A DNA stretch of 60,962 bases, filler included, from 3 parts of 3 records of this genome joined end to end with filler, not necessarily neighbours in it; one strand, 5' to 3'. Shown: positions 1-12,027, numbered from the whole stretch's first letter. Program-made: numbers and translations. Notes: a model not told the origin generated them from the letters alone.

Positions 1-309
1 CAAAGGGCAGGTGGCATCGACATAGATCATTTCACGCTTTGCAGCCTCTGCTGGTACTGCCTTTGGCACGCCATGGGCGGAAAAAATAACCGGTCGATCA
101 TCCGGGCACTCATCTAATTCTTCTACAAAAATGGCGCCTTTTTCGCGCAATCCATCGACCACAAATTTATTGTGCACGATTTCGTGGCGCACATAGACTG
201 GTGCCCCCCATTTTCCCAAAGCAAGCTCAACAATTTGAATTGCCCGATCCACGCCGGCACAAAACCCGCGCGGTGCCGCAAGATATAAAGTTAGATCCTT
301 TAACGGCAT
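1..309 (-). CDS. ispH: 4-hydroxy-3-methylbut-2-enyl diphosphate reductase, N-terminal part (runs off the window)
   Basis: Manual translation from ATG at 309: [24 protein letters not shown]...[10 protein letters not shown]...YVDATCPL, the IspH/LytB signature motifs. Confidence 0.95.
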   Translation of the reverse strand, partial: MPLKDLTLYLAAPRGFCAGVDRAIQIVELALGKWGAPVYVRHEIVHNKFVVDGLREKGAIFVEELDECPDDRPVIFSAHGVPKAVPAEAAKREMIYVDATCPL

Positions 310-495
310 TATCGTTACACCCCTTTTCCAGAGAAAATTTTTTATTGTTAGGCATAGATTAATTAAGCCAAGGCGCAGGGTAAATATTTAATTTCATTGA
401 CTAGGTCGATGGCCGAAGATTTTGCATGTTTTTTCAACTGTGATATACGGGCTGATATTATTGTTAAAAGAATTTTTTGACTTTGAGTATTTAAA

Positions 496-2637
496 ATGGC
501 GCACGCCCTAGAAATTGATGTGAAGATAGAAGAATTAACCCAGGCAAGGCGGTTTGAAATTATTCGAATATCCGCTTGGGTCACCTTGGTGTTATCGATC
601 ATCTGGGCTGCAATGGGCTTTTTTTGCAGCAATTAAGTTTTTTTATTCCCGCGGCAATCACGATACTTGCATCGCTCATTGCCGTTGTTTTTTTTGAACA
701 CGCGCTTTCATCTCTTGGTGCGTTTGCTCTGGGTGGGGTTTACTTGGGTTGCGGTCACGATTGGGATTTTACTCATGAGTAAGAACAGTTGCGCTGCCAT
801 TCTCTACACAGGCTTTGCCGGTGGGGCATTCTTAGCTTTTTCGGTAAAGAAAGAACGCGCTTATATAATATTTTTTGTTCTGATCAGCATAATGGCTTGG
901 ATCACCCGCTGGGGGCTGGAAGATGCTCTTGTGAGCATAATGGTCGTGTCTGACCCTTTGGCCCTGCGCTATGTGGACCTATTGGCGGTGTTGTCCGTTT
1001 TTATTATTTTGATTATTCAATATTCTGCGGTCGGAACGATTAGTAAATCCTACAGCCGATATCTTTATCAGGCTAATAAGAAGGCTTCTGCCGCGAATAT
1101 TGCCAAAACGAGGTTTCTTGCAAATTTGAGCCATGAAATCCGCACCCCAATGAATGGGATCATGGGCGTCTTAGAGTTGTTTGAAGCGAAACAACTTGAT
1201 CATGAGCAAGCGCGGTTGATCAAAGTTATGCGTGATAGCTCTGCGGTGTTGTTGCGGCTAGTTGATGAAATTTTAGACAGTTCAAAAGTTGAGGCGGGCC
1301 GGGTTGCGTTACATCCTGAACCAACGGCTCTTTTAGAGCTCTTTGAAAATATTGTTGATGGAATACTGCCCTTTGCGCAATCTCGAAACGTTGAGTTTTC
1401 ATTGAGTTTTGATCCTCAATTGCCCCAGAGAATTGACGTTGATCCTGGCCGCTTACGGCAAATTATCCTGAATTTACTCACCAATGCGGTCAAATTTTCC
1501 ACAGCGAGCGTACCGGGCAAGACCGGGGCGGTTTCGTCATGTTTAACCCGGGATGAAAAGGATCGCTTATTAATTGCTGTATCGGATAATGGCATTGGGA
1601 TTGATGTGAAAAATCATCAAGATATTTTTGAGCCGTTTCTGCAACTGGAAAGCGGCGCAGGGTTGGATTTTGGCGGAACCGGGTTGGGGCTGTCTGTCGT
1701 CTACCAGCTGGTCAGTAAAATGAGCGGTACGATAAAAGTTGATAGCATGAAGGGCAGTGGAGCGACGTTTGAAATTTTGTTGCCGATGGTGAATCCGGAA
1801 GGGTTAGTAAATATTCCTTGCTTGAAGTCTGAACAGGTGCTTTGTTTGCACCAATCGGGGAAACCGCCAAGGGCATTCGAGCGCTATGTGCGGGCAACAG
1901 GCGCCATTTGGTACAGTTCTGACCAGCCGGGCGCGTTGCTCGAATTTCTTAAAACTAGCGCGTCACAGGCTTTTATTGTGATTGCAAATTCTGGGTTAGG
2001 GGATTTGCAAAAAGATCAGTTGTTTCGTGATATATCTATGCATGATCCAGATCTGCCTGTGGTAACGTTTGCCTCCCGCGCACATCCTGATTTTAAAAAG
2101 ATATTTTCAGGGCGTCGCGTTCTTGCGCGCCGTCCCATGTTGCCCTCAGAGGTTTGGCGCGCCTTATCTGAGATACATGCGGCGCAGCCGTCTCGCACCC
2201 AGGCAGGGTTACAGAGCATCAAACCTATCGGCCCAATTCAGGGGCCGGCACAAGCACATATTTTATTGATCGATCAAAATGAGGTGAGCAGACTGATTTT
2301 GAAAGATCAGCTTGAAAAATTGGGCTGCGTGGTTGCCGAAGCCTCACGTTTTCAAGATGCTTTGCTGGTATTGCGCGATAAAACCTTTGATCTGATCCTC
2401 ATTGACGCTGTGCTTATCGAGGCGAGTAGCCAGAGTGTGATCACTGAGATACGCGCGCTTCAAACGGCGGGTCACGGACCTCAAACAGCGTTGATTGCTG
2501 TAGACCGCAGCGCGTCAGCCACTGCGACGGTCTTGCAAGGGGTTGACGCGCAGTTGACAAAACCTGTGTCGACGTTGGAATTGGCGCAGGTGGTGGACCG
2601 CTGGCGCGGCCCGATTGATCCAAATGCCCAGAAATAA
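496..2637 (+). CDS. Membrane-bound hybrid sensor histidine kinase/response regulator; 5' part interrupted by two compensating homopolymer frameshifts (uninterrupted ORF 667-2637)
   Basis: H-box FLANLSHEIRTPMNG, N-box QIILNLLTNAVKF, DNGIG and GGTGLGL boxes, C-terminal receiver (FDLILID...LTKP), hydrophobic N-terminus. ATG 496 is in frame with the 667 ORF but stops at TAA 634-636. Confidence 0.85.
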
Positions 2638-2640
2638 GCG

Positions 2641-3207
2641 TTATTCGGGCGTATAAATTTCGTCTGTGCCATCGTCTTCGCGCACAGGCCGACCCACCAC
2701 ATCCCTGAGACCTTCCAGCTCGATAAAGTTATCCGCCTGGCGGCGAAGTTCATCGGCAATCATTGGAGGTTGGCTGCGAACCGTCGACACAACGGATACT
2801 CGTACCCCTTGGCGCTGTAGGCTTTCAACCAAGGGCCGAAAATCCCCATCCCCCGAGAACAAAACGATGTGATCGACATGCGGTGCAAGTTCCATCGCAT
2901 TCACGGTCAATTCGATATCCATATTGCCCTTGACCTTGCGCCTGCCTTGGCTATCGGTGAACTCTTTCGCGGCTTTTGTTATCATGGTAAAGCCGTTGTA
3001 ATTCAGCCAGTCGACCAACGGACGAATTGGCGAATATTCTTCATTATCAAGCAATGCCGTGTAATAAAATGCGCGCAGCAATTTGCCACGGCGCATAAAT
3101 TCTGTACGCAATAGTTTATAATCTATGTCAAAGCCAAGCGATTTGGCTGCCGCGTATAGATTGGATCCATCAATGAACAGCGCCAGCCGTTCGTCCTTGT
3201 AAAACAT
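2641..3207 (-). CDS. NYN-domain (LabA/DUF88) protein
   Basis: FIDGSNL, KGNMDIEL, FSGDGDF and LRRQADNF motifs; usual position beside folK-rpoZ. Confidence 0.92.
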   Translation of the reverse strand: MFYKDERLALFIDGSNLYAAAKSLGFDIDYKLLRTEFMRRGKLLRAFYYTALLDNEEYSPIRPLVDWLNYNGFTMITKAAKEFTDSQGRRKVKGNMDIELTVNAMELAPHVDHIVLFSGDGDFRPLVESLQRQGVRVSVVSTVRSQPPMIADELRRQADNFIELEGLRDVVGRPVREDDGTDEIYTPE

Positions 3208-3314
3208 TTAATTTCCTTTCAAATAAACAGCGGCTCTTATATCGGTGAGCCTTCGCATCAAAGTCGCCGTTTCGGTCGCACAATTTAATTATTTTCAACG
3301 GGCTCGCAAGTCAA

Positions 3315-3911
3315 ATGAACACGCCAAAGGATCGGTCAAACTACCTATCTGGAAGAAATAGCGCGATTGCGTTGGGAAGCAATGAAACTTGGCAAGGCCT
3401 GACCTCAGCTGAGCTATTAAATGCGGCGTTAAAGTCCCTTTCGCAACTGCCACAGATCGAGGTTGTGCGGGTGAGTCGATTTTACCAGACAGCAAGCTTT
3501 CCCGCAGGCAGCGGCCCCGATTTCGTAAACGCTGCAGCCCTGATTCGTTCACGCCTACCTGCGGAGGGTCTTCTAAGTGCCCTGCATCAAGTGGAGTCTG
3601 ATTTTGGGCGCCGCCGGATCAAACGTTGGGGCGCGCGCTGTTTGGATTTGGATCTGTTATTTTGCGCGGATGCTGTTGTGCCGGATACGGCTGAATTTCG
3701 ACGTTGGTATCACTTAGACGCCGCGCAACAACGAAATGAAGCGCCTGGTACTCTGATTTTACCGCATCCACGCCTGCATGAGCGGGCCTTCGTTCTGGGC
3801 CCGCTGATGGAGATTGCACCAGAGTGGTGTCATCCAGTGTTGGGATTGAGCGTGGCGCAGATGTTTGAGGCATTGCCAAAGGCTTTGCGCGCGGATTTGC
3901 GCGCTCTTTGA
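3315..3911 (+). CDS. folK: 2-amino-4-hydroxy-6-hydroxymethyldihydropteridine diphosphokinase
   Basis: IALGSN, RWGARCLDLDLL, LILPHPRLHERAFVL. Confidence 0.95.
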   Translation: MNTPKDRSNYLSGRNSAIALGSNETWQGLTSAELLNAALKSLSQLPQIEVVRVSRFYQTASFPAGSGPDFVNAAALIRSRLPAEGLLSALHQVESDFGRRRIKRWGARCLDLDLLFCADAVVPDTAEFRRWYHLDAAQQRNEAPGTLILPHPRLHERAFVLGPLMEIAPEWCHPVLGLSVAQMFEALPKALRADLRAL

Positions 3912-3981
3912 TTGGCTCTTGTAATTTGGGGCATCTGGGCGTAAGGAAGCGCTTTCTGATCAAAGTGAGGCGGAGTAGAGA

Positions 3982-4335
3982 ATGGCCCGGGTTACCGTAG
4001 AAGATTGCGTCGATAAAGTTCCTAATCGGTTTGACCTTGTGATGCTGGCAGCTCACCGGGCGCGCGAGATCTCTTCAGGATCACCGATTACGGTCGATCG
4101 CGATAACGATAAAAACCCCGTGGTGTCTTTGCGTGAGATTGCGGATGAAACGCAATCCTCCGGAGCGTTGCAGGAACGTCTGATCGAATCAAACCAAACG
4201 CAAATCGAAGTGGATGAGCCCGAAGAAGACGCGATGGCCCTGTTGATGGGCGGTGAAGCGGATCAGCCTGCGGATGATGATATGTCAGAAGAAAAACTGC
4301 TTCGTGCATTGATGGCCGCTCAAGGCCAAGGGTAA
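3982..4335 (+). CDS. rpoZ: RNA polymerase omega subunit
   Basis: [35 protein letters not shown]. Confidence 0.98.
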   Translation: MARVTVEDCVDKVPNRFDLVMLAAHRAREISSGSPITVDRDNDKNPVVSLREIADETQSSGALQERLIESNQTQIEVDEPEEDAMALLMGGEADQPADDDMSEEKLLRALMAAQGQG

Positions 4336-4359
4336 TCTGCCTTAAGGGTTTATGCGCAT

Positions 4360-6489
4360 ATGCTGTCTGCTGAAGGTCTTGCTGAACAGGTTGCTCAATA
4401 CAATCCGAAATCAAATTCAAAGCTGATCATGCAAGCTTATGCGTATGGGCGGATGAAGCATGAAGGGCAATTGCGTAAATCTGGCGAGTCGTATTTTACG
4501 CATCCCGTCGCCGTGGCGGAAATTTTGGCCGGCCAACGGTTGGATGATGCCTCGATTGTGACGGCCTTATTGCATGATACGGTTGAAGATACCGGCTCAA
4601 CGCTTCAGGATATTTCAGATCGCTTTACCCCAGAAGTCGCCAAATTGGTGGATGGGGTCACCAAGTTAACCAATATGCAGCTCAGTTCCACTGAAACCAA
4701 AGAAGCTGAGAATATCCGCAAGCTGTTGATGGCGATTGCGCAGGATATGCGGGTCATTTTGGTCAAGCTGGCGGACCGGCTTCACAATATGCGCACCATC
4801 CGCGCGATGCGCCCGGCAAAACAAGTTCAAAAAGCCCGTGAAACCATGGATATTTTTGCACCCCTTGCGGGCCGGATGGGCATGCAATCGATCCGCGAAG
4901 ATTTGGAAGACCTATCTTTTAAGGTGTTGAATGCCAAAGGGCGCTCGTCCATCATGCGCCGTTTTATCAAATTGCAAAAAGAAACGGGCGATGTGGTTCT
5001 GCGCATTACCGGCGATATGAACCATGAATTGGACAAGGCCAATATCTCGACGCAAGTGTTCGGGCGGGCCAAAAAGCCCTATTCGATCTGGCGTAAAATG
5101 CAGGAAAAGGATTTAGCTTTTTCGCGGCTATCAGATATTTATGGGTTCCGGATCCTCACCCAGAGTGAAGCCGATTGTTATCGCGTGCTGGGAGTTATCC
5201 ATCAACGCTGGCGGGCCGTGCCGGGTCGATTTAAAGATTATATTAGCCAACCAAAATCCAATGGGTATCGGTCGATTCATACCACCGTTTCCGGCCGAGA
5301 CGGTAAGCGCGTTGAAGTGCAAATCCGCACCCAGCAAATGCATGATGTTGCGGAAAGCGGCGTGGCGGCCCATTGGTCTTATCGGGATGGCGTGCGCAGT
5401 GAAAACCCATTCACTGTGGATCCCTTTCAATGGATTAACTCGCTGATCGCGCAGTTTGATTCCGATCATGACCATTTTGATTTTCTTGAGGCCGTGAAGC
5501 TCGAGATGTATTCGGATAAAGTGTTTTGCTTTTCGCCAAAGGGCGATGTGATCAAGCTTCCGAAAGGCGCAACGCCGATTGATTTTGCTTATGCCATTCA
5601 TACGCGGATCGGCAATGCTTGCGTGGGGGCGAAAGTCGACGGGCTGCGCGTGCCCCTATGGACCCGTCTGCGCAATGGCCAATCGATTGAGGTCATCACC
5701 GCGCAGGGTCAAAATCCGCAACCCACTTGGTTGCAAATGGCCGAGACTGGAAAGGCCAAAACCGCTATTCGGCGCGCCCTCAGAGAGGCAGATCGTAAAA
5801 AATTCATCGTGATGGGCCAGGAATTGGCGCGCGCGGCTTTTGAGCATGTGGGCAAACGCGCCACGGATAAAGTACTTGAAACAGCAGCCAAAAAAATGGG
5901 TGTCGGCGATCTTGGTGAGTTATTGGCACGCATGGGAAGTGCTGAATTTAGCGCCCGCGATGTGGTGCGCAGCGTTTATCCTAAGCTGGGTGGAAAAGAA
6001 GCTGTTGATGTTGATATGCGCCGCGCGGTGATCGGCCTATCGCCGGGGCAATCCTTCAACCGGTCGCCTTGTTGTCAGGCCTTGCCGGGTGAGCGGATTG
6101 TTGGGATTGCGGCGCATGGGCACGGGGTTGCAGTGCATTCAATTGATTGCCAAATGTTGGTGGATTACGAAGATTTGCCGGAATTATGGCTGGATTTGCA
6201 TTGGCATTCCGGGCAGCACGCGGCTGTTTACCCGGTGACACTGCAGATGACGCTGGGCAATGATGCGGGCGTTTTGGGGCGCGTCTGTACATTGATTGGT
6301 GAACAGAGGGCAAATATTTCGGATCTTGAGTTTATCGATCGAAACCCTGATTTTTATCGCCTGAATATTGATGTGGATCTGCGCGATATCGAACAGCTTC
6401 ATGCGGTCACCACGGTTTTGCAGGCAGAAGGTGAAGTGGCCTCAGTTCGTCGTTTACGCGCTGCGCATCGCGGCGTAAACGAAAGCTAA
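4360..6489 (+). CDS. spoT: Bifunctional (p)ppGpp synthetase/hydrolase (long RSH)
   Basis: HD motif ALLHDTVED, synthetase motifs RFKDYI/GYRSIH/EVQIRT, TGS domain (DFAYAIHT), C-terminal ACT domain. Confidence 0.95.
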   Translation: MLSAEGLAEQVAQYNPKSNSKLIMQAYAYGRMKHEGQLRKSGESYFTHPVAVAEILAGQRLDDASIVTALLHDTVEDTGSTLQDISDRFTPEVAKLVDGVTKLTNMQLSSTETKEAENIRKLLMAIAQDMRVILVKLADRLHNMRTIRAMRPAKQVQKARETMDIFAPLAGRMGMQSIREDLEDLSFKVLNAKGRSSIMRRFIKLQKETGDVVLRITGDMNHELDKANISTQVFGRAKKPYSIWRKMQEKDLAFSRLSDIYGFRILTQSEADCYRVLGVIHQRWRAVPGRFKDYISQPKSNGYRSIHTTVSGRDGKRVEVQIRTQQMHDVAESGVAAHWSYRDGVRSENPFTVDPFQWINSLIAQFDSDHDHFDFLEAVKLEMYSDKVFCFSPKGDVIKLPKGATPIDFAYAIHTRIGNACVGAKVDGLRVPLWTRLRNGQSIEVITAQGQNPQPTWLQMAETGKAKTAIRRALREADRKKFIVMGQELARAAFEHVGKRATDKVLETAAKKMGVGDLGELLARMGSAEFSARDVVRSVYPKLGGKEAVDVDMRRAVIGLSPGQSFNRSPCCQALPGERIVGIAAHGHGVAVHSIDCQMLVDYEDLPELWLDLHWHSGQHAAVYPVTLQMTLGNDAGVLGRVCTLIGEQRANISDLEFIDRNPDFYRLNIDVDLRDIEQLHAVTTVLQAEGEVASVRRLRAAHRGVNES

Positions 6490-6508
6490 GAAGAATCAGA
6501 GGTGCCCT

Positions 6509-7168
6509 GTGGTATTTAAACGACGTGACCGGCGAGCGGTGATAAACATCATGCGCGACTTGCTTTGGCCCAAAGGTGGCTGGTCGCGGGCGTTTCAATA
6601 CGTGAAACATCGGGTTCGGCGCTTGCCCGATACGCCCGAGCGCATTGCGCGCGGCATTTGGGTTGGCGTTTTTACAACATTCACTCCGTTTTACGGTTTG
6701 CATTTTGTTGCCGCCATTCTTCTGGCGCGCGTGTTTAATGGCAACGCTCTGGCTGCGTTGCTTGCGACGTTTTTCGGCAATCCGCTGACCTATATCCCGA
6801 TTGGGCTTGTGTCCTTGCAGACCGGTCATTTTATCTTGGGTCATAGAACGGAAAATGTGGAAAGCACCCGCTCATTTGGGGGTAAGTTTTTAGATGCCTG
6901 GCGCGATCTAAGAGATAATTTATTAGCAGGCTATTCTGGGGAAGAGGTTGATTGGACCAATCTCATGACCTTTTATAACGAAATTTTCTTTCCCTATATG
7001 GTGGGTGGTATTTTTCCGGGCGTTGTGACCGGGGCGGTTGGATATTATCTCAGTGTGCCGATCATTCGGGCCTATCAAAAGCGCCGAAAAGGTGCCTTGC
7101 GTGAAAAATTAATTGCGCTTCGAAAAAAAGCTTTGAAATCTGATGACGAAACGCATCGTCCGCACTAG
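6509..7168 (+). CDS. DUF2062 family membrane protein
   Basis: PERIARG...TPFYGLH...FFGNPLT motifs; conserved position between rsh and pdxJ. Confidence 0.85.
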   Translation: MVFKRRDRRAVINIMRDLLWPKGGWSRAFQYVKHRVRRLPDTPERIARGIWVGVFTTFTPFYGLHFVAAILLARVFNGNALAALLATFFGNPLTYIPIGLVSLQTGHFILGHRTENVESTRSFGGKFLDAWRDLRDNLLAGYSGEEVDWTNLMTFYNEIFFPYMVGGIFPGVVTGAVGYYLSVPIIRAYQKRRKGALREKLIALRKKALKSDDETHRPH

Positions 7169-7198
7169 TTTACCCTAGACAGAGCGAAGGAGAGCGGC

Positions 7199-7954
7199 AT
7201 GAAGCCTGTAGGACAGCTGCGGCTGGGTGTGAATATCGATCATGTTGCAACCGTGCGAAATGCGCGGGGCGGCGCCTATCCGGATCCGCTGAAGGCGGCG
7301 CAATTGGCGCAAGAGGCAGGGGCGGATGGTATTACGGCGCATCTTCGAGAGGATCGCCGGCATATCTCTGATGCGGATATTGATGGATTGATGGATATTC
7401 TGCGCGTGCCGCTAAATTTTGAAATGGCGGCAACCGCTGAAATGCAAGAAATTGCGCTGCGTCATAAGCCGCATGCTATTTGTTTGGTGCCCGAAAAGCG
7501 CGAGGAACGCACCACAGAAGGTGGCCTAGAGGTCGCGCGCGAAGAAAACCAACTTGCGCATTATATTGCGCCATTGCGCGAAGCCGGATGCCGTGTCTCT
7601 ATTTTTATTGCCGCGGACCAGCAGCAGATCGAAGCCGCAAACCGCATCGGGGCGCAAGTGATCGAATTGCATACGGGGGCGTATTGCGATTTGCACGCGG
7701 AGGGGCGCTTTGCGGAACGCGATTCAGAGTTAGAGCGGTTGGGCGAAATGGCCAGTTTTGCCCATAGTCTTGGTTTAGAAGTGCATGCGGGTCATGGTCT
7801 GACCTATGATACTGTACAACCTGTGGCAGCTTTTCCCGAAGTGATAGAGTTAAATATCGGCCATTTCCTGATCGGTGAGGCAATTTTTCGCGGGCTTGCA
7901 CCAGCAATTGAAGAAATGCGCCGCCTGATGGATGCGGCCCGTACGCCCGCATGA
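7199..7954 (+). CDS. pdxJ: Pyridoxine 5'-phosphate synthase
   Basis: [36 protein letters not shown]. Confidence 0.98.
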   Translation: MKPVGQLRLGVNIDHVATVRNARGGAYPDPLKAAQLAQEAGADGITAHLREDRRHISDADIDGLMDILRVPLNFEMAATAEMQEIALRHKPHAICLVPEKREERTTEGGLEVAREENQLAHYIAPLREAGCRVSIFIAADQQQIEAANRIGAQVIELHTGAYCDLHAEGRFAERDSELERLGEMASFAHSLGLEVHAGHGLTYDTVQPVAAFPEVIELNIGHFLIGEAIFRGLAPAIEEMRRLMDAARTPA

Positions 7955-8352
7955 TTTTGGGGATCGGAACAGATCTTGCGAATATTGAGCGTATCGCAGG
8001 GGTTCTTGAACGCCACGGAGACCGTTTTCGCAACCGCGTCTTTACAGATAACGAACAGGCCAAGGCAAAGCGCCGCAAAGATGAAGCAGGCACCTATGCC
8101 AAGCGGTGGGCCGCAAAAGAAGCCTGCTCAAAAGCGCTGGGCACAGGCTTGCGTATGGGCATTAGCTGGAAGGATATGGCCGTCAGCAATTTGAAAACGG
8201 GCCAACCGGTGATGGCCTTATCTGGCTGGGCGCTAGAACGGTTAAACAGCCTCACTCCCGAGGGGCATCACGCCGTGGTGCATGTGACCCTGACCGATGA
8301 TCATCCTTGGGCACAAGCTTTCGTAGTCATTGAGGCCCGCCTCTTGCCTTGA
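7951..8352 (+). CDS. acpS: Holo-ACP synthase
   Basis: [23 protein letters not shown]. Confidence 0.97.
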   Translation: MILGIGTDLANIERIAGVLERHGDRFRNRVFTDNEQAKAKRRKDEAGTYAKRWAAKEACSKALGTGLRMGISWKDMAVSNLKTGQPVMALSGWALERLNSLTPEGHHAVVHVTLTDDHPWAQAFVVIEARLLP

Positions 8353-8377
8353 CACGCATGCGGCAAAGGCCCATTTA
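8348..8377 (+). promoter_or_regulatory. Putative internal promoter for lepB-rnc-era
   Basis: CTTGACA at 8348-8354 followed 17 bp later by CATTTA (CCCATTTA is RpoH-like), about 30 bp before the lepB start. Confidence 0.4.
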
Positions 8378-8405
8378 AGCCCAAATCTGGATGCAGGAGA
8401 ACGTC

Positions 8406-9245
8406 ATGGCCACTGAAGCCCAATCACCGCTGGCTTCTATCTTTGAAACGATAAAAACAATTGTTTATGCTTTGCTGCTTGCAGGGGTGTTTCGGTCTTT
8501 ATTTTTTCAGCCATTTTGGATCCCATCAGGGTCGATGAAAGAAACGCTGTTGATCGGTGATTTTCTGTTTGTGAATAAAATGGCCTACGGCTATTCCTAC
8601 GCATCTTGTCCCAGCCTGATTATTCCGCGTTTGGGATTGAATGTCGATGCAAAGGATCTGTGCGGGTTCACCCGAAACGACAATAAGCGCTTGTTTGGAG
8701 GCACGCCCCAACAAGGCGATGTGGTGGTGTTTCGCCATCCGGTTTCGGGGCGCGATTACATCAAACGTTTGATCGGAATGCCCGGTGATAAAGTGCAGAT
8801 GAAAAACGGCCAATTGGTGATCAACGGGCAGGCTGTTGAGCAAAAGCCAGATGGTGTTTTTGAAGAAATTATGGAACCGCAAGGTGCGTTTGGAAACCGG
8901 CCGCGCTGCGCGAATGGGGCTGTTGGAATGGGGGGCATTTGTGAAAAGCAACGTTTTGCAGAAACGCTTCCCAATGGCGTAACCTATACCACGCTGAATA
9001 TCGGGAAACAGTCATTGGATAATACGGGTATTTTCACCGTGCCAGAAGGTGAATATTTCTTCATCGGTGACAATCGGGACAATTCAACGGATAGCCGAGT
9101 ACGCCAAGCAAGCAATGGCGTTGGATTTGTGAAATATGAGGATTTAATCGGGCGCGCCGATCGCATCATGTTCTCCTCGGCTGGGCGCTCAATGTTGTAT
9201 TTTTGGACCTGGCGTTCAGATCGGTTTTTTAAGGCGGTTCAGTGA
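8406..9245 (+). CDS. lepB: Signal peptidase I
   Basis: [34 protein letters not shown] before ATG 8406. Confidence 0.97.
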   Translation: MATEAQSPLASIFETIKTIVYALLLAGVFRSLFFQPFWIPSGSMKETLLIGDFLFVNKMAYGYSYASCPSLIIPRLGLNVDAKDLCGFTRNDNKRLFGGTPQQGDVVVFRHPVSGRDYIKRLIGMPGDKVQMKNGQLVINGQAVEQKPDGVFEEIMEPQGAFGNRPRCANGAVGMGGICEKQRFAETLPNGVTYTTLNIGKQSLDNTGIFTVPEGEYFFIGDNRDNSTDSRVRQASNGVGFVKYEDLIGRADRIMFSSAGRSMLYFWTWRSDRFFKAVQ

Positions 9246-9931
9246 AAATCGCTAGTGATCTGGCGCTTTTTCAAACTCGGCTGGGCTATCGGTTTAAACA
9301 GCCGTCTGGTTTGATTGAAGCCGTCACGCATGCCTCAAAAGGCACAAGTACCCGCCGGGATTATCAGCGTTTAGAGTTTTTGGGTGATCGCGTGCTTGGG
9401 TTGGTGATCGCGCAAGCTTTGTTGGCGCAGGATCCAGAGGCGTCTGAGGGTATTTTGGCTTTGCGGTATAACGCGCTGGTGCGCAAAGAAACCTGCGCCG
9501 AAATCGCGCGCGATATTGATCTGGGAGCGGTGTTAAAACTGGGTCGATCAGAAATGATGACAGGGGGGCGTCGCAAGCAAACCTTACTGGGGGATGCGAT
9601 GGAAGCCGTGATTGCGGCGGCTTATCTTGATGGTGGCATGGAGGCGGCGCAGGCGCTTGTGTTGCGCCTCTGGCACCGCAGTTTGCAAACCGTTGATGGG
9701 CAGAATACTCGCGATGCCAAAACCGCGCTGCAGGAATGGGCACAGGCTCGCGGATTGCCACCTCCAACCTATCTCACCAAGCGGCGTGACGGACCGGATC
9801 ATGCGCCAGTCTTTGAAATCGAGGCCCAACTTTCCGATGGCCCGTCAGCGCGGGCCAAAGCCGGCACCAAACGCGCTGCAGAACAAGCGGCGGCGCAAGC
9901 TCTTTTAGACACAATGGAGGCGGACACATGA
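9242..9931 (+). CDS. rnc: Ribonuclease III
   Basis: QRLEFLGD signature, DAMEAVIAA, ds[14 protein letters not shown]. Confidence 0.97.
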   Translation: MKIASDLALFQTRLGYRFKQPSGLIEAVTHASKGTSTRRDYQRLEFLGDRVLGLVIAQALLAQDPEASEGILALRYNALVRKETCAEIARDIDLGAVLKLGRSEMMTGGRRKQTLLGDAMEAVIAAAYLDGGMEAAQALVLRLWHRSLQTVDGQNTRDAKTALQEWAQARGLPPPTYLTKRRDGPDHAPVFEIEAQLSDGPSARAKAGTKRAAEQAAAQALLDTMEADT

Positions 9932-10830
9932 CCCAGGCAGGCTTTATTGCGCTGATTGGCGAACCCAATGCTGGGAAATCGACGCTTTTGAACAGAATGG
10001 TTGGTGCGAAAGTATCGATTGTTACGCATAAAGTGCAAACAACACGCGCGCGTATTCGCGGGATTTGCATGGAAGGAGCCGCGCAATTGGTATTCGTGGA
10101 CACGCCGGGGCTTTTCAAACCACGGCGGCGTCTTGATCGGGCGATGGTGGCGGCGGCTTGGGGCGGCGCGATTGATGCAGATATTGTTGTGCTTCTGGTG
10201 GAAGCGCATCGCGGCATCAGCTCTGGTGTTCAGAGCATTATAGACCAGCTTAAAGAGCTAGAGGGTCGCCGTGTTATTCTGGCAATCAATAAAATTGATC
10301 GGGTTAAATCAGATGCGCTTCTGGCTTTGACGCAGCAGTTGAATGCGGCTTTTGCTTTTGAGAAAACCTTTATGATTTCTGCCGAGCGCGGGCATGGTGT
10401 GCCAGATTTGCGGGCTTGGCTGGGGCAAGAGCTGCCCGAAGGCCCATGGCTCTATCCGGAAGATCAGATCGCTGATTTGCCGCTGCGGATGATTGCGGCT
10501 GAAATGACGCGTGAGAAATTGACGCTGAGATTGCATCAGGAATTGCCCTATCAGCTGACGGTTGAAACAGAAAGCTGGGAAGAGCGCCCCGATGGCAGCG
10601 CCCGCGTAGATCAGGTGATTTATGTGGTGCGTGATGGGCATAAGGGTATTTTGCTCGGCAATAAGGGCGAAACAATCAAGGCCGTATCAAAAGCGGCGCG
10701 CGAAGAGCTGGAAGGCTTTTTAGAGCGTCGCGTCCATCTATTTTGCAAAGTGAAAGTGCGGCAGAAATGGCTGGAAGATGCGGCACGCTACAGTGAAATG
10801 GGCTTAGATTTTAGGGATGGAAATGGATGA
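9928..10830 (+). CDS. era: GTPase Era
   Basis: [25 protein letters not shown] domain. Confidence 0.97.
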   Translation: MTQAGFIALIGEPNAGKSTLLNRMVGAKVSIVTHKVQTTRARIRGICMEGAAQLVFVDTPGLFKPRRRLDRAMVAAAWGGAIDADIVVLLVEAHRGISSGVQSIIDQLKELEGRRVILAINKIDRVKSDALLALTQQLNAAFAFEKTFMISAERGHGVPDLRAWLGQELPEGPWLYPEDQIADLPLRMIAAEMTREKLTLRLHQELPYQLTVETESWEERPDGSARVDQVIYVVRDGHKGILLGNKGETIKAVSKAAREELEGFLERRVHLFCKVKVRQKWLEDAARYSEMGLDFRDGNG

Positions 10831-11150
10831 CGAGGCTGACCGCTGCCTTTTGGGTGCAAGCCTATCTGCGGCGTCTGGCGCTTGAAAACATCCCAGCCTA
10901 TATATTGGCGCATGGGGATGATATCGCTGGCGCGGTGCTTGTCAAACTGGCAACATTAGACGGTCAGGCCCGCCTGTTTCAGCGCGGGTTCGACCTGCAA
11001 ACTGGCGATCGTACCTGGCAACAGCTTGAACAAGGCACAGAAGAACAAATTGATACAACGCTGCAGCGACAATTGGGATTTGATCCGGATCTTTGGGTGA
11101 TCGAACTTGAAGACCGTGCGGGCCGGCATTTTTTAGATGACTATGTGTAA
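10827..11150 (+). CDS. DUF1491 family protein
   Basis: HGDDIAGAVLVK and FDPDLWVIELED; conserved position between era and recO. Confidence 0.85.
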   Translation: MTRLTAAFWVQAYLRRLALENIPAYILAHGDDIAGAVLVKLATLDGQARLFQRGFDLQTGDRTWQQLEQGTEEQIDTTLQRQLGFDPDLWVIELEDRAGRHFLDDYV

Positions 11151-11208
11151 AACGCAGATCGCTATGGTAAGCTTTCGCCAAGGGGCGTTGGTGAGATAGG
11201 GTAACAAA

Positions 11209-11931
11209 ATGGAATGGCGCGATACGGGAATCGTTTTAAGCCGCCGTTTGCATGGTGAAACCTCTGTCATTGTAGATGTTCTAACGCCCAGCCAAGGGCG
11301 GCATCTGGGGGTTGTGCCGGGCGGGCGGGCGCGCAAAATGGCCGCGGTTTTGCAGCCCGGTTCGCAAGTTGATATTCATTGGCGAGCCAGGTTAGAGGCG
11401 CATTTGGGAAAGTTCACAATCGAGCCTGTACGCAGCCGCAGCGCCGCGGCGCTAAGCGATCGATTGGCTTTGGCGGGCTTGAATGCGGTTACAACACTGT
11501 TGTCGCGCTTGATGCCGGAGCGTGAAGCCATGCCAGAGCTTTATCAGCGCAGCGAGCAATTGCTAGATCTTTTAGGGCAGGGCAATGTTTGGCCGCTTGC
11601 TTATCTTCAGTGGGAAATGTTGTTATTGGACAGTCTTGGCTATGGGTTGGATCTTAGCCGCTGTGCGGCCACGGGTGCGCGCGACAATTTAATCTATGTT
11701 TCGCCAAAAACAGGGCGAGCAGTCTCTGCCGAAGGGGCTGGCGCTTGGGCGCAGCGCTTATTGCCCTTGCCGCCCGTCATGTTAGGCGCATCTGCTTTCG
11801 AGGATAAAGAGATTGTTTCGGGCTTGCGCGTGACCGAGTATTTTCTGGCGGGCCATGTATGCGCGAATTTGGGGATTGATCGCTTACCCTCGGCGCGGGG
11901 CCGTTTGATTGATTTGATCGGATTGCGGTAG
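11209..11931 (+). CDS. recO: DNA repair protein RecO
   Basis: [35 protein letters not shown]. Confidence 0.96.
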   Translation: MEWRDTGIVLSRRLHGETSVIVDVLTPSQGRHLGVVPGGRARKMAAVLQPGSQVDIHWRARLEAHLGKFTIEPVRSRSAAALSDRLALAGLNAVTTLLSRLMPEREAMPELYQRSEQLLDLLGQGNVWPLAYLQWEMLLLDSLGYGLDLSRCAATGARDNLIYVSPKTGRAVSAEGAGAWAQRLLPLPPVMLGASAFEDKEIVSGLRVTEYFLAGHVCANLGIDRLPSARGRLIDLIGLR

Positions 11932-12027
11932 AAATTTGATCTAGAAACAAGAATTTATAGCAATAGCTCTGGACAGTTTGTGCTACAGGTCCTAAAACCG
12001 CCGCACTGAAGGCTCAGGCGCTTCAGT

